A stretch of 64,000 bases of DNA from NCBI GenBank assembly GCA_021791275.1, contig JAJYWX010000003.1, forward strand, positions 29,641 through 93,640, written 5' to 3'. A program made the translations under genes and the position numbers. Source of the stretch: a bacterium. Lineage in GTDB: Bacteria > Patescibacteriota > Dojkabacteria > JAKAPS01 > JAJZLI01. Numbering within the stretch: the first letter of the stretch is position 1; the number at the start of each line of letters is the position of its first letter. Positions 9,965-20,481 of the stretch are shown here, in pieces. A model generated the notes under the pieces. It saw nothing but the letters and a program-made list of their open reading frames with translations, was not told where the DNA came from and searched no databases.

Positions 9965-12943
9965 ATGATAGAGAAAATTGTCAATTATTCAATTAAAAAT
10001 AAATCTTTAATATTTATAATATTAATATTTTTAATATTATTTGGAACTTACTCATACATTGTTGCTGACAGAGAAGTTTTTCCAAATGTAGATTTAAGTA
10101 CAGTTATAATTCAATCAGAAGATCCAAATACTAATGCAAAAACAATATATACTTCGTTAACTGAACCTATATATAACGCTATAAAATCAATAAATGGAAT
10201 AAAAACTGTTCAAGAAAATGCAGACAATAACTATACTACACTTGTTGTAACAACTCATTACGGAGTAAGCTTAAGTAAAATTGAACAATCCATAAATCAA
10301 AATTTGACCTCTATAAAATTGCCTCAAGGGGCTACTACACCGACAGTATCTGAATTTAGTTTTTCAAATTTACCTATACTTCAAATATCAATATCTGGGA
10401 AAGGAAAAAATGCTTTTGTTAAAAATACTCTTTCAAAAGATGTAAGTGATATAAATGGAGTTCAATCAATATCTTACTATGGAGATAAGGCCAATGAATT
10501 AAAAATATATATAAATTTTCAAAACCTTCAAAAGTATAATATTTCATATAAAACATTATTAGGAATAATAAGCTCATTAGATATTAATAATTCTATTGGT
10601 AATATTCCAAATGGGAAAGATACCACAGAACCTTTAGTTGTATATTCAAACATAAATAGTATTAATGATCTTTTAAATACACCCATAGGTTTTTCAAATG
10701 GATCAAAAGTATATTTAAAAAATGTAGCTACAGCTCAAATTCAAGATTCATACCAAAATCAAATAGTAAAAACAAATAATAAAAGTGCAATACTTTTTAA
10801 TGTCTACGGGCAAAATAATGTAAATACAATACAGGTAATACAGTCAGTATTATCAAAGCTAAATTCCACAAAACCTAAATCTATTAATTATCAAATATTA
10901 CAAAATGATACATCTACAATAAACTCTACTATAAATAGTATTTTAAGAGAAACTTTATTGGGAATAGTATTAGCAGTATTGATAATATATATATTTTTAA
11001 AAAGTCCTGATACTACACTTATAGCATCACTATCAATTCCAATATCATTTTTATTTACACTTGTACTTATGAATGTACAAAATATCACATTCAACATCAT
11101 GTCTCTTTCTGGTTTATCAGTTGCATTAGGAAGAATAGTAGATGATAGTATCGTTGTAATTGAAAATATTTTTAGACATCTTTCAGAGAAGAAAGAGAAA
11201 AAGGATGTTTCATTAATAGTTAATTCCGTTAAAGAGGTAGGTGGAGCAATAACTTCGTCTACTCTTACAACCATAGGTGTATTTCTACCTATAGCATTTG
11301 TTGGAGGAATAACCTCTTCTTTCTTTATACCCTTTGCATTTACAGCATCCTCAGCATTAATAGCATCACTATTTACAGCAATAATAGTAATTCCTCTTTT
11401 TGCAAGAATATTTTTACTTAAGAAAAAAGTAAAATTGAAAGAAAAAGAATTTTTCTTAGTTAAATACTATGATAGATTTCTTAGGATCACACTAAGACAT
11501 AAATTTATAACAATTGTTATAACACTAGTATTAGTAGGGTTATCACTCCTATTAATACCATTTATAAAGACTGGATTTATACCTTCTCCTTCTCAACCAG
11601 ATGCAACAATTTCTGGGACACTAAAAGTGGGAACATCTAAGAGCGAAACATTAGCTGAAGCAGAGAAAATAGGTAACTATCTTCATTCAATTAGCGATGT
11701 GGAATTGTATAGTATACAAGTAGGTGCAACCCAAAGAGGAATTCTTAATAGCACACTAAATAATGAATTTCAAATATTTGTAAGTTTCAAAAATAGCAAT
11801 AATATAAACAATATAATCTCTCAAATAGAGAACTTTACAAATAAACAAAAAGGTCTTAATTCTCAAGTTAATTTATTATCTGCCGTTGGAAATCTAAATT
11901 CTGTATCATTAATAGTAAACACTTCTAATCAAAAAAATCTTTATAATGCTACTGAATATTTGGCTTCTCATCTAAAGTCAAATAAAGGAATTTCAAATGT
12001 TACATCTAATCTTTCTAAAGACACATACCAAAAAAAGATAGTACTTTTGAGCAAAAATCTATCTAAATATGATCTTTCATCAATACAGGTACTCTCACAA
12101 ATACAGTACTACTTCACTCCATATGAGATTCAGCAATACAGTATTGGATCAAATAATTACGATACATATATTTATGTAAATAATTTACCTAATCTTGAAA
12201 ATATAAATATACAAAATCCATTAGGTATAAATATTCCTCTTTCAAAAATCTCAACAATAAAAGATGTATCATATAGTTCAAATATAACTTATCAAAATGG
12301 AGAAAGGGCATCAAATATAAATGCCTTAATAACATCTACAGATACTGAAAAAACAAATAATTATATACTCTCATATATTTCTAAAACACAAAAAAAATAT
12401 AATGTGACGGTGAAAAATCAAGGTTCTTCATCTGAACAATCAAGTTCATTTGACTCTCTATTTGAAGCTATGGGAATATCTGTATTCATAGTACTTATAA
12501 TAATGGTTGCTACATTTTCATCAATTACAGAGCCTCTTGCTATACTGTCATCTCTTCCGGTAACAGTTATAGGTATCTTTGTTGCCCTATATATTACAGG
12601 TTCTACATTAAATCTCCCTGCATTAATTGGTATGCTTATGCTTATTGGTATAGTAGTAACTAACGCAATAGTTTTACTCGTAAAAATAAAGCAAAATATA
12701 GAGAGTGGAGAAGATATGCAAGAAGCAATAATACGCGGAGGAAGAATAAGATTAAGACCTATACTTATGACTGCAGTAACAACGATTTTCGCACTTCTAC
12801 CATTAGCAATATTCTCCTCTAACTCTTCTCTGATTGGTCAATCGTTAGCAATTACAGTTATTGGTGGATTATTTACATCTACATTCCTTACTCTATTTAT
12901 AGTACCTGTAGTATACTCATCTATTAAAAGAGTAAAGTATTAA
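9965..12943 (+). CDS. RND superfamily efflux transporter (AcrB/HAE-like), stand-alone
   Basis: 992 aa with 12 TM helices and two large extracytoplasmic loops, and an AcrB-like N-terminus (MIEKIVNYSIKNKSLIFIILIF...). No adaptor (MFP) or outer-membrane factor gene is adjacent. Confidence 0.85.
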   Translation: MIEKIVNYSIKNKSLIFIILIFLILFGTYSYIVADREVFPNVDLSTVIIQSEDPNTNAKTIYTSLTEPIYNAIKSINGIKTVQENADNNYTTLVVTTHYGVSLSKIEQSINQNLTSIKLPQGATTPTVSEFSFSNLPILQISISGKGKNAFVKNTLSKDVSDINGVQSISYYGDKANELKIYINFQNLQKYNISYKTLLGIISSLDINNSIGNIPNGKDTTEPLVVYSNINSINDLLNTPIGFSNGSKVYLKNVATAQIQDSYQNQIVKTNNKSAILFNVYGQNNVNTIQVIQSVLSKLNSTKPKSINYQILQNDTSTINSTINSILRETLLGIVLAVLIIYIFLKSPDTTLIASLSIPISFLFTLVLMNVQNITFNIMSLSGLSVALGRIVDDSIVVIENIFRHLSEKKEKKDVSLIVNSVKEVGGAITSSTLTTIGVFLPIAFVGGITSSFFIPFAFTASSALIASLFTAIIVIPLFARIFLLKKKVKLKEKEFFLVKYYDRFLRITLRHKFITIVITLVLVGLSLLLIPFIKTGFIPSPSQPDATISGTLKVGTSKSETLAEAEKIGNYLHSISDVELYSIQVGATQRGILNSTLNNEFQIFVSFKNSNNINNIISQIENFTNKQKGLNSQVNLLSAVGNLNSVSLIVNTSNQKNLYNATEYLASHLKSNKGISNVTSNLSKDTYQKKIVLLSKNLSKYDLSSIQVLSQIQYYFTPYEIQQYSIGSNNYDTYIYVNNLPNLENINIQNPLGINIPLSKISTIKDVSYSSNITYQNGERASNINALITSTDTEKTNNYILSYISKTQKKYNVTVKNQGSSSEQSSSFDSLFEAMGISVFIVLIIMVATFSSITEPLAILSSLPVTVIGIFVALYITGSTLNLPALIGMLMLIGIVVTNAIVLLVKIKQNIESGEDMQEAIIRGGRIRLRPILMTAVTTIFALLPLAIFSSNSSLIGQSLAITVIGGLFTSTFLTLFIVPVVYSSIKRVKY

Positions 12944-13644
12944 TATAAATATTTTTTAGATTTTATATCTGATTCTAAAAAATTTTCTAATATTAATAAA
13001 AGATAATATTGTAATTCTTTAGATGTTTTCTCATCCAAGTCTATATTAATAATAGAGTCTGATTTAATATTAAAATTATAAAGATACTTTAATAATTTTA
13101 AAGATTTTATTGATATGTATAGGTCTGAATCTGTACACATTTCATGAAAGATCCCTTCTGAAGATATTATAATTTTATCTTTTTCACTAAATTTATCTCC
13201 ACATTTTAGACAATTATTAAGGTCTATAAACACTCCCTCGATAATTAGGAGTTTTGTTATAAAAAGAAATAGATAAAGTTTTGGATTTTCAAAAATATGA
13301 GAAAGAGAAAATATTATCAAGGAAAATAAATCTTTCTCATCCTGGTCATTTCTTTGTATCTTTAATATAACCTCAACAATAAACATTAAATAAAAAGGAT
13401 ACTTCTCTTTATCTTCAGGATAGGAATTTATTAATCTAACAGAGGTTAATATAGGTAAACCTTTTGTTTGAACAATTTGGTAAGATATATAGTTTCCAAT
13501 ATCTATGAAATTTGCCCTTTTACCATTTTTTAAACTTTTAGCAATAACTGTTACAACACCATATTCTGTAAATATAGTAATTATTTTATCATTCTCTGAG
13601 TAATCAACCGTTTTTAGTATTACTCCTTCATTAATCTTTGACAT
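12940..13644 (-). CDS. recO: DNA repair protein RecO
   Basis: N-terminal OB-fold segment GVILKTVDYSENDKIITIFTEYGVVTVIAKS and a C-terminal Cys cluster (CLKCGDKF...HEMC). Confidence 0.7.
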   Translation of the reverse strand: MSKINEGVILKTVDYSENDKIITIFTEYGVVTVIAKSLKNGKRANFIDIGNYISYQIVQTKGLPILTSVRLINSYPEDKEKYPFYLMFIVEVILKIQRNDQDEKDLFSLIIFSLSHIFENPKLYLFLFITKLLIIEGVFIDLNNCLKCGDKFSEKDKIIISSEGIFHEMCTDSDLYISIKSLKLLKYLYNFNIKSDSIINIDLDEKTSKELQYYLLLILENFLESDIKSKKYLY

Positions 13645-15515
13645 TAAAGATTTATAGTATTAGTAGCAGCTGTAATGTATTGAGATTTATGTATATTTCC
13701 AAAATTTACATAAACCCACTCTCCCTTAATTCCAGCTTCCTTTTGAAATATTAATTTAGAAAGATTTATATTTTGAGGAAGCTCATATTTATAAGTTAAT
13801 GATCCTTTGGAAGGGGGATCTGATTTTGATAATCTTGGTGGAACTTTTATATGATTACCAAAAACAGATTTATCTACAGTAGTATTAATATAATTTTGAG
13901 TAAATCCATCTACTCCAGTCATAGTCATCAAGATAGAACCTTGAGGAACATACATTCTTACCCAAGATAGATATGGCCCCACTAGCCAATCATCATAGAC
14001 TGCAGGTTCTGTCCATGTAACTTTTGTTGATTGTATATATCTTCCGTTACTTGCCTTAACTATATTTATATTAACAGTCTCACCCATAAAATAATTATCC
14101 TTCGCCCCTGCAAGATTTGCCTCTACTATTTGAAGATAATCATATTTATTAGATTTGGGAATAACACCTCCCCATCCATATTGATTTACCAAATCTTCAG
14201 CTTTGAGATTATTAAAATACAAAAGTATCTGCTTATTATTAAGATTACTTATTGTTGTATTTAAAACTTTAAAAACTTGATTACCAGTAGAGTGGAATAC
14301 CTTTGATATAAGCTCATGCATCATTATGGATATAAAATCTTTCCTTTCCTGTTGAGGAAGACCTGATTTTTCAGCCATATATTCCATATAATAATTTGCA
14401 TTGCTAGCTGTTAAAACAAGATTATTCCCATATACAGAAGGCATGGTAATTCCTCCAACTGCATTGATTAAATCATCCACATACCAAGTATTAATAAATA
14501 TTACACCATTAATTGCTGGTGCATTATGTATTGAGTTATAAAATTTATATATATTTGAGACACTTTCTGGGACATCAGCAGATGTATTAGCATCCCTAAG
14601 ATGCCAGTAATAAGTACCGTTATAAACATATAAAGGCTTTGGAGCTACAGGTTTGTAATGGATTACATTTGATATGTTATATATATTTTGAGCTGTAATT
14701 GAACCCAACTGGCCATCATTAAAGTTTACAAATCCAAATGCAGTCATAAAACCCCCAGTTGGCCTTATTTCTCCACTATTCTCAAACATCAATAAATATC
14801 TTTGTGGATTTGGATTTCCCAATATATTTTCTAATGTTTGAGTTGAATTAAATAAAGTAGGCAATGCCCTAATAGCCCCTGAAAATTCTAATTTTAATTC
14901 TTTTATATTATATTTAGACTCTATTGATGAGGGTATGTATGAAACATTAATATTTTGTAAATATTTGTTAGATTTTACTAAATCAGGATATGCCTTCTTA
15001 AATAAAGGGGATAATTTTGGTAAAGATTGAACTATAGCATATATTTTTTCTTTTCCACTTATAGTTACAGCATTTTTTGAAGTTGAGGTACTATATCCAA
15101 ATATTGGAGCTACATTATTTAAACCTTTATCCATATCACTAAATCCTTCAGAAGCATAATAACCAGCATTTATAAGGTTATATCCTAAAGAATAATAATT
15201 ATTTAAAATAGGAATATAGTTCATATATCCTAGTGTATTTATCTCCCCTCTCATTTTTGAGAAATTATTTGTTAGAAGAGGTACTTGTGATTCTATACCT
15301 GATAAATTCTTCTTATCTTTATAATATTTAACTAAAGTAAGCTCTCCTTTTAAAGAGTCATAATTTGATTTTAAAGCTAGAAGAGGTGATATTAGAAAAA
15401 AGTATCCCAACACAATTACAACCACTACAATAGGTGCAGTAATTTTGAACCACTTCCTTTTATAGAATGGCATATTTGATTGATTCTTATATTTATCTAA
15501 ACTTATAACTGACAT
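13644..15515 (-). CDS. Membrane-anchored extracytoplasmic protein, DUF4012-like
   Basis: 623 aa with a single N-terminal TM. The segment NPQRYLLMFENSGEIRPTGGFMTAFGFVNFNDGQLGS matches the RYLLLFQN-AE-R-TGG-G signature I recall for DUF4012, a family that co-occurs with polysaccharide loci. Confidence 0.5.
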   Translation of the reverse strand: MSVISLDKYKNQSNMPFYKRKWFKITAPIVVVVIVLGYFFLISPLLALKSNYDSLKGELTLVKYYKDKKNLSGIESQVPLLTNNFSKMRGEINTLGYMNYIPILNNYYSLGYNLINAGYYASEGFSDMDKGLNNVAPIFGYSTSTSKNAVTISGKEKIYAIVQSLPKLSPLFKKAYPDLVKSNKYLQNINVSYIPSSIESKYNIKELKLEFSGAIRALPTLFNSTQTLENILGNPNPQRYLLMFENSGEIRPTGGFMTAFGFVNFNDGQLGSITAQNIYNISNVIHYKPVAPKPLYVYNGTYYWHLRDANTSADVPESVSNIYKFYNSIHNAPAINGVIFINTWYVDDLINAVGGITMPSVYGNNLVLTASNANYYMEYMAEKSGLPQQERKDFISIMMHELISKVFHSTGNQVFKVLNTTISNLNNKQILLYFNNLKAEDLVNQYGWGGVIPKSNKYDYLQIVEANLAGAKDNYFMGETVNINIVKASNGRYIQSTKVTWTEPAVYDDWLVGPYLSWVRMYVPQGSILMTMTGVDGFTQNYINTTVDKSVFGNHIKVPPRLSKSDPPSKGSLTYKYELPQNINLSKLIFQKEAGIKGEWVYVNFGNIHKSQYITAATNTINL

Positions 15516-16162
15516 TAGTAGGCACCTTTCTTAGAAAAAACTGCAAATGGTGTTTTCAATAATATTAAAAAGTAATTTTTAAGAGAATGATTACTTGCAT
15601 ATTCTAAATCAATCTTGATCCTTTTGTCAAAAGGAATCTCTGATCTTCCAGATACCTGCCAAACACCAGTAATACCTGGTTTTATTGATGTAATTATATC
15701 TATATCTTTTTTAAATTTTTTGTCTCTAGATATGTAATATTTTAATTCATCAAAATAATATGCTCTTGGACCAACTAATGACATATCTCCTTTAAGGACA
15801 TTAAAAAATTGAGGAAGCTCATCTAAACTATATTTTCTCAATACCTTGCCTACACGTGTAACACGAGGATCATCTTTTAATTTGTAATTATTTCTTTTGT
15901 ATTCCATATAAAATTTCTTAAATCTCTTGTCTGTTTTAAGTAATATATGGGCATTTTCAATCATTGATCTAAATTTTAAAAATTTAAAAGGTTTATAATT
16001 AAGTCCTACTCTTTCTGGAGTATCTGCGAATACCGGTCCTTTACTATCAATCTTTATTATAATAGCAATAACAATCATTATTGGTGAAAAAATTATTATT
16101 GCCAAAAGAGATCCGATTATGTCTAAAGACCGAACAAAAAATTTATATACCATTTTTTTCAA
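15515..16162 (-). CDS. Initiating polyprenyl-phosphate sugar phosphotransferase (bacterial sugar transferase, PglC/WbaP C-terminal type)
   Basis: 215 aa with one N-terminal TM and the motifs KFLKFRSM and DELPQFFNVLKGDMSLVGPR. Confidence 0.85.
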   Translation of the reverse strand: MKKMVYKFFVRSLDIIGSLLAIIIFSPIMIVIAIIIKIDSKGPVFADTPERVGLNYKPFKFLKFRSMIENAHILLKTDKRFKKFYMEYKRNNYKLKDDPRVTRVGKVLRKYSLDELPQFFNVLKGDMSLVGPRAYYFDELKYYISRDKKFKKDIDIITSIKPGITGVWQVSGRSEIPFDKRIKIDLEYASNHSLKNYFLILLKTPFAVFSKKGAY

Positions 16163-17231
16163 TTATATTAAATACATTTTTTCTTAAATTAAGATGAAAA
16201 TTTTCTTTAGAAAATTTTTCTGCCCTTTCTCTACAATCCTCTTTGGAAATAGATTGTGCATTAAAATTTCTAACAATCTTTTCTAATTCATCTCTACTAT
16301 TAAAAAGATATCCTGTTTTTTTATCAATAATAGTTTCCTTAACTCCATCCTTATTATATCCTATAACTGCTTTGCCACAGGCAAGAGCCTCTATTGGTGT
16401 TAATCCAAAATCTTCAGCTCCCGGGAAAATCAAAGCTTTTGATTCATTAATTTTATCAATTAAATATGAATCTTTCACATATCCCAAAAAATTTATATAT
16501 CTTTTATCCGCAATTTTTTCTAACTCTTTTCTATAAGAACCTTCTCCAATTATATCAAGTTTTATTTTTAATTTATTAAACACACTAATTGCAAGATCAA
16601 TATTTTTGTATTTTTCTAATCTTGAAATTATTAAAAAATTCCCTTCATAAGAAAAATTATTATTCATTTTAAACAATTCAGTATCCACGAATGGGTAAAT
16701 AACAGTACTATCTCTTCTATAAAATTTCTCCACCCTCTTTTTTACAACTTCAGAGTTTACAAATATATATGAAGGATTTTGAGCAGATGTAAAATCTTTT
16801 ACTCTTAAGTAATTATTAATTATATATAATGGAAGTTTAGATTTAATTCTATCTTGTGTTGAATTTGCTAAATTCCACAAAAATCTTGGTGGTGTAAGAA
16901 CATAAGCTATATGGATTTTTTTAAAAGATATACATTTAGAAAACCCCGCCCCCATAGATATAACTAAATCAAAATCAGATAAATCAAAATTTTCAAATAT
17001 TATAGGAAGAAATGGGATAGAAATATATTTAAGATTAGCTAACAGATTAGGATGTTTAGAAACTTTTATATCATATTTTAAAAAAGATTTGGGAAATACC
17101 TCCTTTTTAAAATAGGGTGTAAATATCACAGATTTAGGAAATGTATTAATAACCCCCTCAAGATGTCTTTCTAATCCGCCATAGACTTTTAAAGGATCTG
17201 TAACAATAGCTATTTTTAAATCTTTTTCCAT
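16143..17231 (-). CDS. Glycosyltransferase family 4 (GT-B)
   Basis: C-terminal EX7E-type region FPGAEDFGLTPIEALACGKAVIGY. Confidence 0.85.
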   Translation of the reverse strand: MEKDLKIAIVTDPLKVYGGLERHLEGVINTFPKSVIFTPYFKKEVFPKSFLKYDIKVSKHPNLLANLKYISIPFLPIIFENFDLSDFDLVISMGAGFSKCISFKKIHIAYVLTPPRFLWNLANSTQDRIKSKLPLYIINNYLRVKDFTSAQNPSYIFVNSEVVKKRVEKFYRRDSTVIYPFVDTELFKMNNNFSYEGNFLIISRLEKYKNIDLAISVFNKLKIKLDIIGEGSYRKELEKIADKRYINFLGYVKDSYLIDKINESKALIFPGAEDFGLTPIEALACGKAVIGYNKDGVKETIIDKKTGYLFNSRDELEKIVRNFNAQSISKEDCRERAEKFSKENFHLNLRKNVFNIIEKNGI

Positions 17232-18301
17232 ACTGAATCAATATACAATTTTATATTTTTCTCAAATAAATCTTTTGAAAATCTTTTAGACTCATTTTTT
17301 AGATATTCACTATCAAATTTGAGACTTTCAAACTCATCAATTGCACTATTTAAAGAAGTCACACTCTGCCCTTTAAATAGGATACCAGTTTTTTTATCTT
17401 TTATAATATCTAAAATGCCTCCTTTGCCATATGCTATAACAGGTTTCCCTGAAGCTAAAGATTCTACAGGAATAATACCAAAATCTTCTTTTTGAGGAAA
17501 AATAACTGCCTTACATTTCTGATAGAAGGAAGGAAGCTCCTTGTCGTTAACTTTATCAAAGAATTTAATATTATTTTTTGATATTGATTTAAGTTTTTTG
17601 ATATATTTGCTATCTCCTTCTCCTACAAAATAAAGCTCTTTTTTATTTTCATTAAATGCCTTTATTACAATATCTAATCTTTTCCAAGGAACAATTCTTC
17701 CCACATATAGATAATAATCTCCACTCAAAGCCTTATTTTTTATAAATCTTTCAATATCGACAGGAGGATTTATAACAACACTATCTCTTTTATAAAATTT
17801 CTTTATTCTTTCTTGGGTATATATTGAATTTGCTATAAAAAAATCTACTCTCTGTGATGCAGCATAATCCCATACCCTCAAATAAGATATAAAAACTGGT
17901 AACAATAATTTATCAAATTTCCCCAAATTCATATCTTTCGTATATTCCAAATAATCCCATACATATCTTGATGGAGAATGCATATAACAAAAATGTAGGG
18001 TCTCTGGGGAAGTAATAACACCATGTGCAAACCTAGTAGAAGAAGATATAACTATGTCATATTTATCAAAATTAAATGATTCAAACGCTAGAGGATATAT
18101 AAAAAAGAATTTTTTAAAATTCTTCCTTATAAAATTATATTTTTGAAAAAAGGATAATTTTAAATCCTTAATATTTAGCAAATTTTCATCTGAAGCTATA
18201 GAAGAGTATATATCTGCATTAAAAATCTCACTTATACAAAGTGATACCCTCTCTGCACCTCCAAATTGCATAAAATCATCATGTACAACTGCATAATTCA
18301 T
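17216..18301 (-). CDS. Glycosyltransferase family 4 (GT-B)
   Basis: FPQKEDFGIIPVESLASGKPVIAYGKGG. Overlaps the downstream GT4 gene. Confidence 0.85.
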   Translation of the reverse strand: MNYAVVHDDFMQFGGAERVSLCISEIFNADIYSSIASDENLLNIKDLKLSFFQKYNFIRKNFKKFFFIYPLAFESFNFDKYDIVISSSTRFAHGVITSPETLHFCYMHSPSRYVWDYLEYTKDMNLGKFDKLLLPVFISYLRVWDYAASQRVDFFIANSIYTQERIKKFYKRDSVVINPPVDIERFIKNKALSGDYYLYVGRIVPWKRLDIVIKAFNENKKELYFVGEGDSKYIKKLKSISKNNIKFFDKVNDKELPSFYQKCKAVIFPQKEDFGIIPVESLASGKPVIAYGKGGILDIIKDKKTGILFKGQSVTSLNSAIDEFESLKFDSEYLKNESKRFSKDLFEKNIKLYIDSVWKKI

Positions 18302-18309
18302 AATTAGAT

Positions 18310-18381
18310 ATTATATCATTAAGATAAATAAAAATAGCACTAATTACTCTTGCATATTTTAAATTATGATTATATCATTAA
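18310..18381. repeat. 13-bp direct repeat ATTATATCATTAA (twice) in the divergent GT4/galE promoter region
   Basis: Exact copies at 18310-18322 and 18369-18381. Possible regulator sites. Confidence 0.4.
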
Positions 18382-18403
18382 AAAACATTATCAAATCTAA
18401 AAA

Positions 18404-19402
18404 ATGAGTAATAAACAAATCTTAATTCTAGGAGGGGCAGGATATATAGGTTCTCACACTCTAAATTTATTAAAAAGATCCAATTATGACGTTATAGTAA
18501 TTGATAATCTTTACTCTGGACATGAAAAAGCACTGGGAGATCTAAAAGATAGATTTATAAAAGGAGATATATCTTCAAAAACTCTTTTGCAAGCAAAAAA
18601 AAATTTTGGCAAGATTGATGGGATAATACATTTTGCAGGGTACATCGAGGTTGGAGAGTCTATGAGATCTCCATATAAATATATAAAAAATAATATTGAT
18701 ACAGCCACATTGATACTTGAGTTTATGAAAGATGAGGGAGTTAAAAATATAGTATTCTCTTCATCTGCAGCTGTTTATGGAAAGGATTACTCAGAGAAAA
18801 TAAAAGAAGATTTTTCAAAAAATCCAATAAATGTATATGGATTTACAAAATCTGCATTTGAGGATATATTAAACTTTTATTCTCAAATATATGGTATAAA
18901 CTATGTATCTTTAAGATATTTTAACGCATCTGGAGCATCTCATTTTACAAATATTGGGGAAGATCATCCAAATGAGACTCACTTAATACCTTTAATTCTT
19001 AAAACAGTACAGGGGAAAAGAGACCATGTAGACATATATGGAGATGACTATAAAACAAAAGATGGAACTTGTATAAGAGATTATATTCATGTAGATGACC
19101 TTGCAAGTGCTCACCTTCTTTCAATGGAACATATTATAAACGGAGGAGAAAGTAATATATTTAACCTTGGGGGGAGTAAAGGTTATTCTGTAAAAGAAAT
19201 AATTGATACTACAGAAAAAATAACTGGGATGAAGGTTAATTTTAAGATATCAAAAAGAAGAGAGGGTGATCCAGATATATTAATAGCAGATTATTCAAAA
19301 ATTAAAAATATACTTGGATGGCAGCCAAAATTCGGAATAGATGATATAATAGAGACTGCCTGGAAATGGCATAAAAATAATCCAGAGGGTTTTAATATAT
19401 GA
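18404..19402 (+). CDS. galE: UDP-glucose 4-epimerase
   Basis: Rossmann motif ILILGGAGYIGSH, the YxxxK catalytic context and GalE-like length (332 aa). Confidence 0.85.
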   Translation: MSNKQILILGGAGYIGSHTLNLLKRSNYDVIVIDNLYSGHEKALGDLKDRFIKGDISSKTLLQAKKNFGKIDGIIHFAGYIEVGESMRSPYKYIKNNIDTATLILEFMKDEGVKNIVFSSSAAVYGKDYSEKIKEDFSKNPINVYGFTKSAFEDILNFYSQIYGINYVSLRYFNASGASHFTNIGEDHPNETHLIPLILKTVQGKRDHVDIYGDDYKTKDGTCIRDYIHVDDLASAHLLSMEHIINGGESNIFNLGGSKGYSVKEIIDTTEKITGMKVNFKISKRREGDPDILIADYSKIKNILGWQPKFGIDDIIETAWKWHKNNPEGFNI

Positions 19403-20481
19403 AATATATAGGAATTGATTTCAGAGAAGTAGGAGAACATGAAACTGGGATAGGAAACTACACAAAAAGCATTGTCTCTGAAATGTTGAAAATAGATAAA
19501 AAAAACGTATATTATATAATATGTAATAGTGGGTCAATATACGAAAAATATAAAAATATATATAAAAAGAATAAGAATATTAAAATAGTTGCAATAAAAT
19601 CTAAGACAAAGAGTGTACTCTCTGAATTTACCTTAAATAGAGAATTAAAAAAATTAAAAATAGATATATTTTGGACTCATATATGGGGAAGTATATATTT
19701 TTTTTCTATACCATATACTATTACTTTACATGATGTAATAGGAGTTAAAAACCCTCAATTTGTAAGTTTAAAATACAAAATATATAACAGATTCCACTTA
19801 AAATGGACAATCAACAGAGCATATAAAGTTTTTACTCCAACTTATGCGGTAAAAGATGATGTCATAGAATATTTAAAAATAAAAAATAGCAAAAAAATAA
19901 GAGTTATAGGAGAAGGTGTTAGTGTCCCTAAAAGTTATTATGAAGGCGAAGATATTTTAAAAAAATACAAGATAGATAAGGAGTATTTCATATATGTAGG
20001 TAATAGTAGACCTCATAAAAATGTACAAACCCTTGTTTCTGATTTCTTACTTTACAAAAAGAAATATAAGCAAGATACAATGCTTGTTTTAATAGGGGTA
20101 AAAGAGAATGATATAGGTATTAAAAATAAAAATGTAAAAATTCTTCATAATATAAATAATGTTGAAAAATTTGAAATTTTAAAGAAAGCTATTTGTTTCG
20201 TAACACTAACTTATGATGAGGGATTTTCCTTACCTATACTTGAAGCCACATATTCTGGAATACCCGTAATATGTACTGATATACCTGTTCTAAGAGAAGT
20301 TATAGGAGATGAAGGTGCAATTTTTGTAGATAATTTATATGAAGATGATGTTTGTGAAGCATTAAATAAAATATATCTAGATAAAAATTTAAGGGAAAAT
20401 ATTGTTAAAGAAGCAAAAGAAAGACTTGAAGTTTATACTTGGAAAAAAAGTGCAAAAAAAGTATTAAAATATATTAAATGA
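19399..20481 (+). CDS. Glycosyltransferase (GT4-like, GT-B fold)
   Basis: C-terminal EGFSLPILEATYSGIPVICTD. Start overlaps the galE stop (ATGA). Confidence 0.75.
   Translation: MKYIGIDFREVGEHETGIGNYTKSIVSEMLKIDKKNVYYIICNSGSIYEKYKNIYKKNKNIKIVAIKSKTKSVLSEFTLNRELKKLKIDIFWTHIWGSIYFFSIPYTITLHDVIGVKNPQFVSLKYKIYNRFHLKWTINRAYKVFTPTYAVKDDVIEYLKIKNSKKIRVIGEGVSVPKSYYEGEDILKKYKIDKEYFIYVGNSRPHKNVQTLVSDFLLYKKKYKQDTMLVLIGVKENDIGIKNKNVKILHNINNVEKFEILKKAICFVTLTYDEGFSLPILEATYSGIPVICTDIPVLREVIGDEGAIFVDNLYEDDVCEALNKIYLDKNLRENIVKEAKERLEVYTWKKSAKKVLKYIK

Noticed and set aside
10891-11274. 127-aa minus-strand ORF inside the RND gene
   Set aside because: It is antisense within a well-supported 992-aa transporter gene.
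18594-18603. Homopolymeric A tracts within coding regions (for example A9 in galE) as possible phase-variation sites
   Set aside because: Poly-A runs encoding Lys-Lys are ubiquitous in this AT-rich sequence, so there is no evidence of slipped-strand switching.
14031-18708. Short ORFs at 14031..14264 (+), 16243..16536 (+) and 18511..18708 (-) inside the DUF4012-like, GT4 and galE genes
   Set aside because: They lie antisense to longer conserved ORFs and are AT-rich shadow ORFs.
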